Source of the DNA: an uncultured Verrucomicrobiae bacterium | Lineage (GTDB): Bacteria; Verrucomicrobiota; Verrucomicrobiia; Limisphaerales; UBA11358 | Length of the DNA stretch: 64,000 bases | Direction: 5' to 3' | NCBI GenBank assembly: GCA_963806905.1 | Contig: CAWEAA010000008.1 | Span: forward strand, 392,447-456,446 | Part shown: positions 9,541 through 18,870 of the stretch, piece by piece | How the letters are laid out: the number at the start of each line of letters is the position of its first letter | Numbering within the stretch: position 1 is the stretch's first letter | Made by a program: the position numbers and the translations under genes | Notes under the pieces: model-generated | Told to the model about the DNA's origin: nothing | Seen by the model: only the letters and a program-made list of their open reading frames with translations | Databases searched by the model: none

Positions 9541-11154
9541 TCAGGTATTGGGAGAACCAGCATTGATGGCATCCTTGGCCAGTTTTCCATTTACCGAACG
9601 CCAGAGGTTCAGCGGATTTTCATCTTTCAACGCGTCCGGCAGCAGCGATGCGGGAAAGTTCTGGTAACAAATCGGACGGACAAAACGATACAACGCCGCC
9701 GTGCCCACGGAAGTAAAGCGCACATCGGTCGTGGCCGGATACGGGCCGCCGTGGTTCATCGCAGGACAAACCTCAACGCCGGTTGGAAAACCGTTGACGA
9801 GCAGCCGGCCCGCCTTGCGTTCCAAAATTTGCAACAACCGCTTCGCCTGTTGAAGATCGTCCGGAGTACCGTGCACCGTGGCCGTGAGTTGGCCTTCCAG
9901 ATTTTCCGCGATGTCCTCCAATTCCGACATGGTTTGCGCCGAGATCAAAACGGCGAACGGTCCAAACACTTCCTCGGCCAGTTCAGGATGCTTCCGGAAA
10001 ATTTTTGCGTTGGTGGAAACCAAAACCGGTTCACCGTGCGTTTTCCTGGCATCCGGTGTTTCCTTCGCGCGGGCGAGCAATTTCACTCCGCTCAATTTCG
10101 AAGCGCGGACGAGTCCCTGGTGATACGATTCGCAAATTCCGGCGTGCAGCATCGTGGCCGGCGCAACATTCTCAAATGCTTGCCCGAGCGTCTTCTGAAA
10201 TTGATCGAATCCGGCGCTCTGCAAACCGAAAACCAAACCGGGCTTGGTGCAGAATTGTCCGACCCCCATCGTCACTGATGCCCGCAGGCCTTCGGAAATT
10301 TTGGCCGTCTGCCCGCGCAGCGCCGCCGGCAGGATGAATACAGGATTCAGGCTGCTCATCTCGGCGAAGACCGGAATCGGTTCCGGTCGCGCGGCGGCGG
10401 CGTCAAACAAAGCGCGTCCGGCGGCGCGCGAACCGGTGAAGCCAACCGCCCGGGCGACGGGATGCCGGACGAGTGCAGTGCCGATGATTTTGCCGGCCCC
10501 GTGCAGCATCGAGAACACACCGGCGGGCAAGTTGCCCGCCACCACGGCCCGGCGAACGGCGGCGCCCACCAGCTCCGACGTGCCCGGATGACCGCTGTGC
10601 GCTTTCACCACCACCGGGTTGCCGGTTGCCAATGCCGACGCGGTGTCACCCCCGGCCACGGAAAACGCCAGTGGGAAATTGCTCGACCCGAAAACGATCA
10701 CCGGGCCGATGGGAATCAACATCCGCCGCAAGTCGGGTTTGGGCTGCGGCTGCCGGTCGGGAATGGCCGTGTCAATGCGCGCGTCCACCCACGAACCTTC
10801 CCGGATGACCTGCGCGAACAGATTGAGCTGACTGGCGGTGCGTGCGCGTTCGCCCGTCAACCGCGCTTCGGGCAGTCCGGTTTCCTGATGCGCGCGGGTG
10901 ATGAGGTCATCGCCCAGCGCCATGATTTCATCGGCCATGCGTTCGAGAAAAGCCGCGCGCTGTTCGCCGGTGGTTTCACGATACGTTTCAAAGGCCGCCT
11001 CGGCCAGTTCCATGACGGCATCCACCTCTTTTGCCCCGGCTCTGTGGAAGGTGGGCGGCAAAGGTGTGCTGTTCAAGGGGCTGATGGCGCGGAGGGTCTT
11101 CCCAGCACCGTGGCTGAGTTGGTCGCCGACAAAATTCTGACCGTGCAAGTTCAT
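9541..11154 (-). CDS. NADP-dependent aldehyde dehydrogenase, alpha-ketoglutarate semialdehyde dehydrogenase-like
   Basis: ALDH superfamily. Catalytic Cys region GVGQFCTKPG and FGSSNFPLAF resemble 2,5-dioxovalerate dehydrogenases. ATG 11154 is preferred over the TTG at 11166 used by the ORF track. Confidence 0.8.
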   Translation of the reverse strand: MNLHGQNFVGDQLSHGAGKTLRAISPLNSTPLPPTFHRAGAKEVDAVMELAEAAFETYRETTGEQRAAFLERMADEIMALGDDLITRAHQETGLPEARLTGERARTASQLNLFAQVIREGSWVDARIDTAIPDRQPQPKPDLRRMLIPIGPVIVFGSSNFPLAFSVAGGDTASALATGNPVVVKAHSGHPGTSELVGAAVRRAVVAGNLPAGVFSMLHGAGKIIGTALVRHPVARAVGFTGSRAAGRALFDAAAARPEPIPVFAEMSSLNPVFILPAALRGQTAKISEGLRASVTMGVGQFCTKPGLVFGLQSAGFDQFQKTLGQAFENVAPATMLHAGICESYHQGLVRASKLSGVKLLARAKETPDARKTHGEPVLVSTNAKIFRKHPELAEEVFGPFAVLISAQTMSELEDIAENLEGQLTATVHGTPDDLQQAKRLLQILERKAGRLLVNGFPTGVEVCPAMNHGGPYPATTDVRFTSVGTAALYRFVRPICYQNFPASLLPDALKDENPLNLWRSVNGKLAKDAINAGSPNT

Positions 11155-11162
11155 GGCAGTTG

Positions 11163-12020
11163 TCAAACTAGCATCACCGGGTTCCGGAGCAAACCGATTC
11201 TAGTGATTTCAATCTCAACCACATCCCGTTCCTTCAGCGTAAAGGTTTCGGGTGGAACGATGCCGGTTCCCGTCAGCAGCACGGCGCCGTTGGGAAAAGC
11301 CTGGCTGCGAAAGAGAAACCCGGCCAGTTCCTCGAAGCGGCGTTTGATCTGGCCGACCAAAATCTCACCCGCAAAAACGCTCTTGCCGTTTCGCCGGATG
11401 GCCAGCCGGATTTTCCATTCTCGCGCGGCGGCTTCGTTTGCGCCGAGATGAATCCACGGACCGAGCGCGCAGGAACGGTCGTAGATTTTTGCCTGCGGCA
11501 GGTAGAGCAGATTTTCCCCTTCGATGTCGCGCGAACTCATGTCGTTGCCGATGGTGTGGCCGACGATTTTGCCTTTTGAATTCAACACCAGAGCCAATTC
11601 CGGCTCCGGCACGTTCCAGCGGGCGTCCCGGCGGATGCCAACCGGTTCACCGGTGGCAACAACTTTTTCCGCCAGCGACTTGAAAAAAAGTTCCGGCCGT
11701 TCCGCCGCGTAAACTCTGTCGTAAGCGGTGGCGCTGAAATCGGATTCCTCCATGCGGGCGGTCTTGCTGCGCAGGTAGGTGACGCCCGCCGCCCAGACTT
11801 CCTGCCGCTCCACCGGCGCGCACAATTGAACTTCCGCCAACGCAACGCGGGGCAAATTTTGTTTCGCGATTTGATTCAGTTGCGCGACCGGGTCGTCGCT
11901 TTCCAGCAGTGGATGCATTTGATGGACTCCCGCCGGGGTCAGGTCGAGCAACGTGGAATCGTCCGCGACCAGACCCACGCGGACTTGGCCTTGTTTGTCT
12001 TTGAACCGGCAGATTTTCAC
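11163..12020 (-). CDS. FAH-family hydratase, 2-keto-3-deoxy-pentonate dehydratase-like (XylX/KdaD-like)
   Basis: 285 aa with a fumarylacetoacetate-hydrolase fold (GVTYLRS, HTIGNDMSSRDIEGENLLYLPQAK). Sits between the MFS and aldehyde dehydrogenase genes on the same strand. Confidence 0.75.
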   Translation of the reverse strand: MKICRFKDKQGQVRVGLVADDSTLLDLTPAGVHQMHPLLESDDPVAQLNQIAKQNLPRVALAEVQLCAPVERQEVWAAGVTYLRSKTARMEESDFSATAYDRVYAAERPELFFKSLAEKVVATGEPVGIRRDARWNVPEPELALVLNSKGKIVGHTIGNDMSSRDIEGENLLYLPQAKIYDRSCALGPWIHLGANEAAAREWKIRLAIRRNGKSVFAGEILVGQIKRRFEELAGFLFRSQAFPNGAVLLTGTGIVPPETFTLKERDVVEIEITRIGLLRNPVMLV

Positions 12021-12027
12021 AAAATTT

Positions 12028-13296
12028 TCAACTCGGTTGTCCGGTCATGATAGTTTGCCGCTTTGCTTTCGGCAGCAGAAAAGCCAGTCCGGCGCAAATC
12101 AACATCCCCACGCCGAGCACGTTGAAAGGAATTGCGGTGCTGTGATATGCCTGCGTCAACCAACCGACCACATACGGCCCCACGAAGCCGCCCAGGTTGC
12201 CGAAGGCGTTGACCGTTCCGAAGACGACACCGATGACGTTGCGCGGCAGGGTTTCGCTGGGAATGGCCCAGAAGGGGGCCATGCCGGCAAACGGCCCGGG
12301 AATGGCCAGACACATGAACGCATACGACAACCAGAAATGGCCGCTCAACAACACGCTCAAAATGAGGCTCGTCCCGCTCATGAAGTAAACCACGGCGACG
12401 TGTCCGCGCCGTTCATGCGTCTTGTCCGAATGCCACGAATTAAGAATCATCACGACTGCCGTCAAGGCATAGGGGATGGCGAACAAGCAGCCATATTGCA
12501 ACGCACTGAAACCTTTTCCTTTCAGCACCGTGGTAAAAAAAGTCATGCAACCGTACGCCGCGCAATTGTGCAAAAAATAAAGCGCGACCATGACGAAGAT
12601 TGACGGGTGGCTCAACCTTTCCGACCAGGAAATTTTTTGCGGCGGCTCCAACGCGACCGATTCTTTCTGCAAAGTGGTTTCAAGAAAACTTTTTCCTTCC
12701 GGAGAAATCCATTTTGCCTCGCGCGGATGGTCGCGGATGGAAAACCACCAGAGCGGCAGCCAGATGAAAGGCAAAATGCCCTCCAGAATCAGCATCTGCT
12801 GCCAGCCATAGGCTCCGAGCAGCCAGCCGGTGAAGGGCGCGGAGCCGGCGATGGCGAGTGGCTGGCAAAGGAGCCAGCAAGCGTTGGCGCGCGCACGTTC
12901 GGCACGCGAAAACCAATTTGCCAGCAAGACGAGCATCGCGGGAAAAACCGCGCTTTCCGCAACTCCGAGGAAGAACCGCATCACTTCAAATTGCCGGAAG
13001 GTCTGCGAAAGTCCGCAACCAATCGCACAAATGCCCCAGCCGATCAGGCACAGACTGATGACTTTGCGGGCGCTCCAATACGATGCCAGATAGCCGCCCG
13101 GAATCTGCAGCAGGAGGTAGCCGAAAAAGAAAATGCCGGCGGCCTCGCCTTTCATGCGGTCGTCCATGAACAAGTCCTTCATCATCGTCGAGATATTCGG
13201 GTCGAGGGCGAGCGAGACGTTGGTGCGGTCTATGTACGAAATCGTGTACATGAGCAACGCGACGGGAATGATGCGCAACCAACGTTGTTGTGTCAT
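12028..13296 (-). CDS. MFS transporter, ACS (acid-sugar: hexuronate/aldonate) family-like
   Basis: 422 aa, about 12 hydrophobic spans. N-terminal motif [10 protein letters not shown] is typical of the anion:cation symporter subfamily. Confidence 0.85.
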   Translation of the reverse strand: MTQQRWLRIIPVALLMYTISYIDRTNVSLALDPNISTMMKDLFMDDRMKGEAAGIFFFGYLLLQIPGGYLASYWSARKVISLCLIGWGICAIGCGLSQTFRQFEVMRFFLGVAESAVFPAMLVLLANWFSRAERARANACWLLCQPLAIAGSAPFTGWLLGAYGWQQMLILEGILPFIWLPLWWFSIRDHPREAKWISPEGKSFLETTLQKESVALEPPQKISWSERLSHPSIFVMVALYFLHNCAAYGCMTFFTTVLKGKGFSALQYGCLFAIPYALTAVVMILNSWHSDKTHERRGHVAVVYFMSGTSLILSVLLSGHFWLSYAFMCLAIPGPFAGMAPFWAIPSETLPRNVIGVVFGTVNAFGNLGGFVGPYVVGWLTQAYHSTAIPFNVLGVGMLICAGLAFLLPKAKRQTIMTGQPS

Positions 13297-13389
13297 AGGC
13301 TCAGGGTGCGGGTTCTTAGCAAGCCGGTTGAAGCGCGTCGAATCTTAATTCTGATTTTCATTTTTTCCAGACATGCTTCAATTACTCCC

Positions 13390-15351
13390 ATGAGTTCCAG
13401 CCACGACGTGTTCGATTCCGACATCCCGGAAATCTACGAGCTTCAGACCCATGCCCACGGTCCGGCGGGGAGCCTGCCGATTACCGAAGAAATGCTCCGG
13501 AACAGTCCCAGCGGCGATTTGTTTGGGATGACGCAAAACGCCGGCATGGGCTGGAACCCGGCCGAGACGGGGCGGAAACAGTTCCTGATTCTCAGCACGC
13601 AAGGCGGACTGCGCGCCCCAGACGGCAAACCGATTGCCCTCGGTTATCATACCGGTCATTGGGAAATCGGATTGCTCGTTCAGGCCGCGGCGGAGGAATT
13701 TCGCCGGTTGCAGGTCATTCCCTTTGCCGGGTTTTGTTCCGATCCCTGTGATGGCCGGACGCAGGGAACCACCGGCATGTTCGACAGCCTGCCGTATCGC
13801 AATGACGCCGCCATCCTTTTCCGGCGTCTCGCCCGGTCGCTGCCGCTTCGCGCCGGCGTGCTGGGCATAGCGACGTGTGACAAAGGGTTGCCGGCGATGA
13901 TGATGGCGGTGGCGGGTTTGCACGATTTGCCGTGCGTCATTGTTCCCGGCGGCGTTACGTTGCCGGCGGATGCGGCGGAAGATGCCGGCACGGTGCAAAC
14001 GCTGGGCACGCGCTTTGCGCATGGACTGGTTTCACTTTCCGAAGCTGCGGAATTGGGTTGCCGCGCCTGCGGCTCACCGGGCGGCGGCTGTCAATTTCTG
14101 GGCACGGCGGCGACTTCGCAGGTGGTCAGTGAAGCGCTTGGGCTTTCATTGCCGCACTCGGCGCTCGCACCGTCGGGTCAACCGGTATGGCTGGACATGG
14201 CCCGGCGCTCGGCCCGCGCGCTGCACCAACTGCATGAACGCAAACTCAAGGTGCGTGATATTCTAACCGATGCCAGCATCCAGAACGCGATGGCGCTGCA
14301 CGCCGCATTCGGCGGTTCAACGAATCTGTTGTTGCATATTCCGGCCATCGCCCACGCCGCCGGTCTGAAACCTCCGACGGTGGAGGATTGGATTTCCGTC
14401 AATCGCCGTGTTCCCCGGCTGGTCAGCGTATTGCCGAACGGGCCGGTTCATCATCCCACGGTTCGCGTGTTCCTGGCGGGCGGCGTGTCGGAAGTGATGT
14501 TGCATCTGCGCCACCTGGGTTTGCTAAACGTTGAGGTGATTACGGTCACGGGAAGAACCTTGGGTGAAAACCTGGATTGGTGGGAAAAATCCGAACGGCG
14601 CCGGCGTTTCCGGGAATTATTGAAGCAGCAGGACGGTGTGGACGCCGACGAAGTCATCTTTCCGCCGGACAAAGCCCGAGCGCGCGGCCTGACGTGCACG
14701 CTGGTTTTTCCGCGCGGCAATCTGGCGCCGGAAGGTTCCGTGGTGAAAGCCACGGCGATTGATCCGTCGGTCGTGGACGCGACCGGCGTTTATCGCAAGG
14801 AGGGCCCGGCGCGCGTTTTTGTGAACGAAAAGGACGCAATGGCGGCCATCAAAGCAGGGCGCATCAAGGCGGGTGATGTGCTGGTGTTGACCGGCATTGG
14901 GCCGATGGGCACGGGCATGGAAGAAACTTACCAGGTCACTGGCGCGCTCAAGCATGTGCCCTTTGGCAAACAGGTCGCGCTCCTGACCGACGCCCGTTTT
15001 TCGGGGCTTTCGACCGGCGCGTGCATCGGCCATATCGGCCCCGAAGGACTGGCGGGCGGTCCCATTGGCAAGGTTTTGGACGGCGACATCATCCGCATTC
15101 ATATTGACTGCAAGCGCAACGAGGGGAGTGTTGATTTGGTGGGAGAGGGTCAACGCCGCTTCACGCCGGAGGAAGGCCGCCGGGTGCTGGCAGCGCGCGG
15201 GCAGCGAAAGGATCTTGCGTCAAATGCTGCTTTGCCGGAGGACACGCGGCTTTGGGCGGCCCTGCAACTGGCCAGCGGCGGGACGTGGGCCGGGTGCGTG
15301 TATGACGCGGAGCAAATCATCGCAACGCTCAAAGCCGGCAGAAAAAGTTGA
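13390..15351 (+). CDS. IlvD/Edd-family sugar-acid dehydratase, YjhG/YagF (xylonate dehydratase)-like
   Basis: ATG 13390 lies in frame within ORF 12607-15351; the upstream part is antisense to the MFS gene. 653 aa. Motifs [10 protein letters not shown] and GPMGTGMEE and the length are typical of the long pentonate dehydratases. Confidence 0.85.
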   Translation: MSSSHDVFDSDIPEIYELQTHAHGPAGSLPITEEMLRNSPSGDLFGMTQNAGMGWNPAETGRKQFLILSTQGGLRAPDGKPIALGYHTGHWEIGLLVQAAAEEFRRLQVIPFAGFCSDPCDGRTQGTTGMFDSLPYRNDAAILFRRLARSLPLRAGVLGIATCDKGLPAMMMAVAGLHDLPCVIVPGGVTLPADAAEDAGTVQTLGTRFAHGLVSLSEAAELGCRACGSPGGGCQFLGTAATSQVVSEALGLSLPHSALAPSGQPVWLDMARRSARALHQLHERKLKVRDILTDASIQNAMALHAAFGGSTNLLLHIPAIAHAAGLKPPTVEDWISVNRRVPRLVSVLPNGPVHHPTVRVFLAGGVSEVMLHLRHLGLLNVEVITVTGRTLGENLDWWEKSERRRRFRELLKQQDGVDADEVIFPPDKARARGLTCTLVFPRGNLAPEGSVVKATAIDPSVVDATGVYRKEGPARVFVNEKDAMAAIKAGRIKAGDVLVLTGIGPMGTGMEETYQVTGALKHVPFGKQVALLTDARFSGLSTGACIGHIGPEGLAGGPIGKVLDGDIIRIHIDCKRNEGSVDLVGEGQRRFTPEEGRRVLAARGQRKDLASNAALPEDTRLWAALQLASGGTWAGCVYDAEQIIATLKAGRKS

Positions 15352-15561
15352 ACCGATCAGAAATCCGGCAAGTCCAAACCCGGTTCGCACCGGCTTGGAT
15401 TCACCAAATTCGCAGGTGGCGAATTTTCGCCAACAAAAAGAATTTACTTCTTGCTGTAAACGACGTGTGCGTCATGTAGCGGTCTCGAACCCGCCCCGTC
15501 CATCAACGTTCCGACGCGGAGCCAGATACTTTGTCCGTTGATTGCGGATGGGATCGCGGTC

Positions 15562-16491
15562 CTAATCTCCGGCTTCGGCATTGCCCCAGAGGTTCATAAC
15601 GGCCTCGGCTTGGCGGAATCCAGCCGTTTCCTGGGATTCGCCTTCGGCGGCCCTGCCTTGCTGCAAGGCTTCTTGGAGGCTCGCCACCATTGGGTGGTCC
15701 GCAGGCGACGGTCCGGTTGCGCTTTCGGGATTGGCTATGGCAAAATCCAGCCCGGCTTCCATCCCTACCCTGAGATAGGCTTTTTCCAGTTCATGGCGGA
15801 CATGCTTCGGCGTGCCCCAGGCAAAATTGGACAGTCCCACCGTCAAATGGACGCCGCGCAAATCAGGGTCCTGACGAATGAGCCGCATGGCATCCAGCCC
15901 GATGTTTACCAGTCCGTAGGTGTCGGCCCCAACCGGGGCGAGTCCTGTGTCAATGAGGATTTGGTCGTTGCGCCGGCCTGCCTTGGTGACGAGCAGTTCG
16001 ACAAAATGCTTTGCGGCGGCATGAACATCCCGCGGGTTGAGGCACTGCGCCGTCCCACCGTCGGCAAACCGTTCCGAAGCCATGACGATGACGAGCGTGT
16101 CGTAGGCCGCCACCAGTTCGACCATTTCCTCGAGCCGTTCGCGGGAGGCAGCGATGGAATTCAGGATGGGCGCCCCGCCTTTGGAACGGTCATAATGCTT
16201 CAGTGCGACTTTGTGGTATTCCACGGAAGGGTTGTCGATGCAAAGTGGCAGATGCGTTACCTCCTGAATGGCGGGAATCACGTCGGGCAGAAAGGCCCGC
16301 ATTTCCTCCAGTTTCACCTGGATTTGCCGGGTGCCATCAATGTTGACATCCAGAAAATCCACGCCGAGATTGGTCTGTAATTTGGCCAGGTTTTGATAGC
16401 CTTCCAGATTCTTGGCGATGAAGGCGTTGCGGGCCCGGGCGTAGGCGTTATTGATCAAATCACCAATAATCCGTAGTTTTTTGGGGTTCAT
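15562..16491 (-). CDS. pterin-binding methyltransferase (methyl-H4folate:corrinoid methyltransferase, MeTr/AcsE-like)
   Basis: 309 aa with a DHPS-like pterin-binding TIM-barrel pattern (IIGDLIN, FLDVNIDG, PILNSIAAS). Last gene of the three-gene operon. Confidence 0.75.
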   Translation of the reverse strand: MNPKKLRIIGDLINNAYARARNAFIAKNLEGYQNLAKLQTNLGVDFLDVNIDGTRQIQVKLEEMRAFLPDVIPAIQEVTHLPLCIDNPSVEYHKVALKHYDRSKGGAPILNSIAASRERLEEMVELVAAYDTLVIVMASERFADGGTAQCLNPRDVHAAAKHFVELLVTKAGRRNDQILIDTGLAPVGADTYGLVNIGLDAMRLIRQDPDLRGVHLTVGLSNFAWGTPKHVRHELEKAYLRVGMEAGLDFAIANPESATGPSPADHPMVASLQEALQQGRAAEGESQETAGFRQAEAVMNLWGNAEAGD

Positions 16492-16572
16492 TTTTCTCTC
16501 CTCCTATGACAACTGCTTCGATGTGTTGGAACGTATTTTTGCTGTTCGCAGTAAATTAGCAGCCTTCGGTGG

Positions 16573-17601
16573 TCAGGGAAACTTTGCTTCCAACTCCTTC
16601 TTAACGGTTTCGGCGACTTCTTCGGGCGAGCCAGCTTGCTCCGCAGGCTCGCTCCAGCGCAGTTGCGACATGTAACGGTCAGCCTGAATGAGGCCCTGCC
16701 GTTGCGCCGAGGCGTCAATACGCTCGGCGAAACGCGGCGGCAGGTTGACTCTAACTTCATCGAAATCATCCCATGCTTTCACTTCGGAAGGAATGTCCTG
16801 CCAGGAGAGAATCTGGAATTTCGATTTGGCATTCGGATCGCGCTGCCCCTTTGATTCAGCGCGCTCGGCCTTGACGGACTCGATGGTTTTCAATTTAGAC
16901 CAGGCCCTCGGCGCGGCACCTTTGCCCATCAAATAAAGGAACAAATCCACGGCGCTCGACGCATCTGCGCCATAACCATCCGCGCCGATTTCGTCGGCAT
17001 ACATCTGGCTGATGGGCGCGCCGCCGATGGCGAACTTGATATGGTTGAGGCCGCGCTCTTTAAAGCCGTCAATCACGACCTTCATGTAAATCATCGTCGT
17101 GGTCAGCAACGCGCTCATGCCGATGATTTGCGGCTTGTGCAGTTCGGTGGCGGCAAGAAATTTCTCGATGCTTTGGTCCACCCCGAGGTCATGGACTTCA
17201 AAACCCGCGCCCTCGGCCATCATACAGACGAGGTTTTTCCCAATGTCATGCAAATCGCCGCGGACGGTTCCCATGAGAACAACTCCGGACGGTTGCACGG
17301 TGGAGTCTTTTGCGGTCAGCAACGGTTTCAACACGGTCATGCCGGCTTTCATGGCGCGGGCGGCAATCAGCACTTCGGGCACGTAGAGAATGTTGCGTTT
17401 GAAGTCCTCGCCCACGACGCTCATGCCGGCGATCAATCCCTCGGTCAAAACTTCCTGAACGTTCCGGCCTTCAGCCAGAGCGTCTTTGGTCATCTGTTCG
17501 ACCTCCTTGGCCTTGCCTTCGTACAGGCACTGGTTCATTAACGCGTAGTCTGGCATCTGGTCTTTCTCTTTCGAAAAATCCTGAAAATTACCGCTTGGCA
17601 T
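16573..17601 (-). CDS. corrinoid (B12-binding) protein with C-terminal ~110-aa extension
   Basis: 342 aa. Helical cap plus Rossmann B12-binding domain with DxHxxG (GDLHDIGKN), MSALLTTT and a GG motif. Alternative ATG at 17556. Confidence 0.85.
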   Translation of the reverse strand: MPSGNFQDFSKEKDQMPDYALMNQCLYEGKAKEVEQMTKDALAEGRNVQEVLTEGLIAGMSVVGEDFKRNILYVPEVLIAARAMKAGMTVLKPLLTAKDSTVQPSGVVLMGTVRGDLHDIGKNLVCMMAEGAGFEVHDLGVDQSIEKFLAATELHKPQIIGMSALLTTTMIYMKVVIDGFKERGLNHIKFAIGGAPISQMYADEIGADGYGADASSAVDLFLYLMGKGAAPRAWSKLKTIESVKAERAESKGQRDPNAKSKFQILSWQDIPSEVKAWDDFDEVRVNLPPRFAERIDASAQRQGLIQADRYMSQLRWSEPAEQAGSPEEVAETVKKELEAKFP

Positions 17602-18634
17602 TGAATTCCGCCAACGCTTCCAGCATGGCGAGGATGTTCTGTTTGGGCATTCCGGGACTGGTGCCGCCGCCGACGGACAGAATCATGCCCCGGTCGCCGC
17701 CTTTTTCAAGAACATCCAGCGTCGCTTTGCGCACTTCCTCCGGCGTGCCGCGGACGCCGACTTCGAGCGGATTCACATTCCCCATCAGGCACATGCGGTC
17801 ACCCACGCGCTCCTTCACCTCGGCGATGTCCGTTTGTTTTCCCCAGTTCAAGACGTTGAACCCGCAATCCGGCAGATGATCCAGACAGGCTTGGATTTCC
17901 GCATCGTTGTGGTAGATTTTCACCCAATCACTTGGGAAGGCGTCGCAAATGCGTTTCAGGTAAGGGTGACAAAATTCCTGGTAATGCTCTTCGTTTACGA
18001 AACCGACGATGTCATCCAGAACAAAAATGCCTTCCACCGTATTGCCCAGGGCCTTGTGCTGGGCTTTCAACCAGTCAATGACCAGCCGCGTGCATAAATC
18101 GAGCAGTTTGTGCGACCACTCCGGCTTTTCCACAAGATCTATCATCAGATTGGTCGTGCCGCGCACAAAACCCGCCGTACACATCGGTCCACGCGACGTA
18201 ACCAGTGGCAGAATTTCTCCGGTGTCAAGGATGCGTTGCTTCTGCATGCGGATGCGATGCAGTGTCATCGCCATGAAGGCGTCGTTCTCCACTTCGTATT
18301 CCGGGAATTCTTCAATATCTTCGATGTGATAAAGCGTGTGATATTCGCTGGGCGTGTTGTCCTGCCAGAATTTGATCTTGCATCCCAACGCCGATGGTTC
18401 CGCCGCCATGCCATATTCCATCCACCAGGAAGGAACCCAGATGATGTCAGGGAACTCCTTGTGAATTTTTAGATGCGATTGAAACCACAATTCAGGATCG
18501 AGATAAAAATCCATGTGTTTGAGACCGAGATACCCGGGTATCCATGGACTGTCCACGATCATGGCCATCGGCACTTTGTCCAATTTTTCCAGCCGTGCGG
18601 CTTGCTTGAATGTTTGCCACTGTTCTGGCCTCAT
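17588..18634 (-). CDS. URO-D superfamily methyltransferase (MtaA/CmuA-like), candidate substrate:corrinoid methyltransferase
   Basis: 348 aa, uroporphyrinogen-decarboxylase-like fold throughout. Overlaps the corrinoid protein gene by 14 nt. Confidence 0.8.
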   Translation of the reverse strand: MRPEQWQTFKQAARLEKLDKVPMAMIVDSPWIPGYLGLKHMDFYLDPELWFQSHLKIHKEFPDIIWVPSWWMEYGMAAEPSALGCKIKFWQDNTPSEYHTLYHIEDIEEFPEYEVENDAFMAMTLHRIRMQKQRILDTGEILPLVTSRGPMCTAGFVRGTTNLMIDLVEKPEWSHKLLDLCTRLVIDWLKAQHKALGNTVEGIFVLDDIVGFVNEEHYQEFCHPYLKRICDAFPSDWVKIYHNDAEIQACLDHLPDCGFNVLNWGKQTDIAEVKERVGDRMCLMGNVNPLEVGVRGTPEEVRKATLDVLEKGGDRGMILSVGGGTSPGMPKQNILAMLEALAEFNAKR

Positions 18635-18870
18635 ACTTTTTTTACTTTAGCGGGTTGCTTGAACGCCTGCCTTGTTTTATCCGGGACAGGAATAGAACCA
18701 CTATATCACTATAAACCCATTATAAAATGGCTCTTTTTTAAAAAAAATCCTCCGATTAATTAACGGTTCCCGGCAATTGCTCAAGAAAAAACGCTTGCGC
18801 GTTGCCACCGGACCACCGGCATCCCGATAAATTCGCACCGGATGCCGGCGGGCCTCGTCTTGGTCGGGTG

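Noticed and set aside
12607-13389. N-terminal 261-aa extension of the dehydratase ORF (similar over-extensions at 4561-4857, 24547-24594, 33081-33218, 52972-53214, 54645-54686 and 49593-50717)
   Set aside because: The extensions overlap neighbouring genes or intergenic DNA and show no homology-like sequence. Internal ATGs give N-termini matching the expected family starts.
15352-15561. Possible small RNA or degraded tRNA in the convergent spacer (GTAGCGGTCTCGAACCCGCC resembles a T-arm)
   Set aside because: No acceptor or anticodon stems can be built. It is more likely a weak REP-like singlet or terminator region.
18780-18870. Cobalamin riboswitch upstream of the corrinoid methyltransferase operon (minus strand contains GGTGCGAAT)
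   Set aside because: Only this short match is present. I could not find the B12 box or the conserved GGGAA/GCCACTG elements, and a TATAAT-like box (18719-18724, minus strand) lies downstream of the region. An Infernal scan would be needed.
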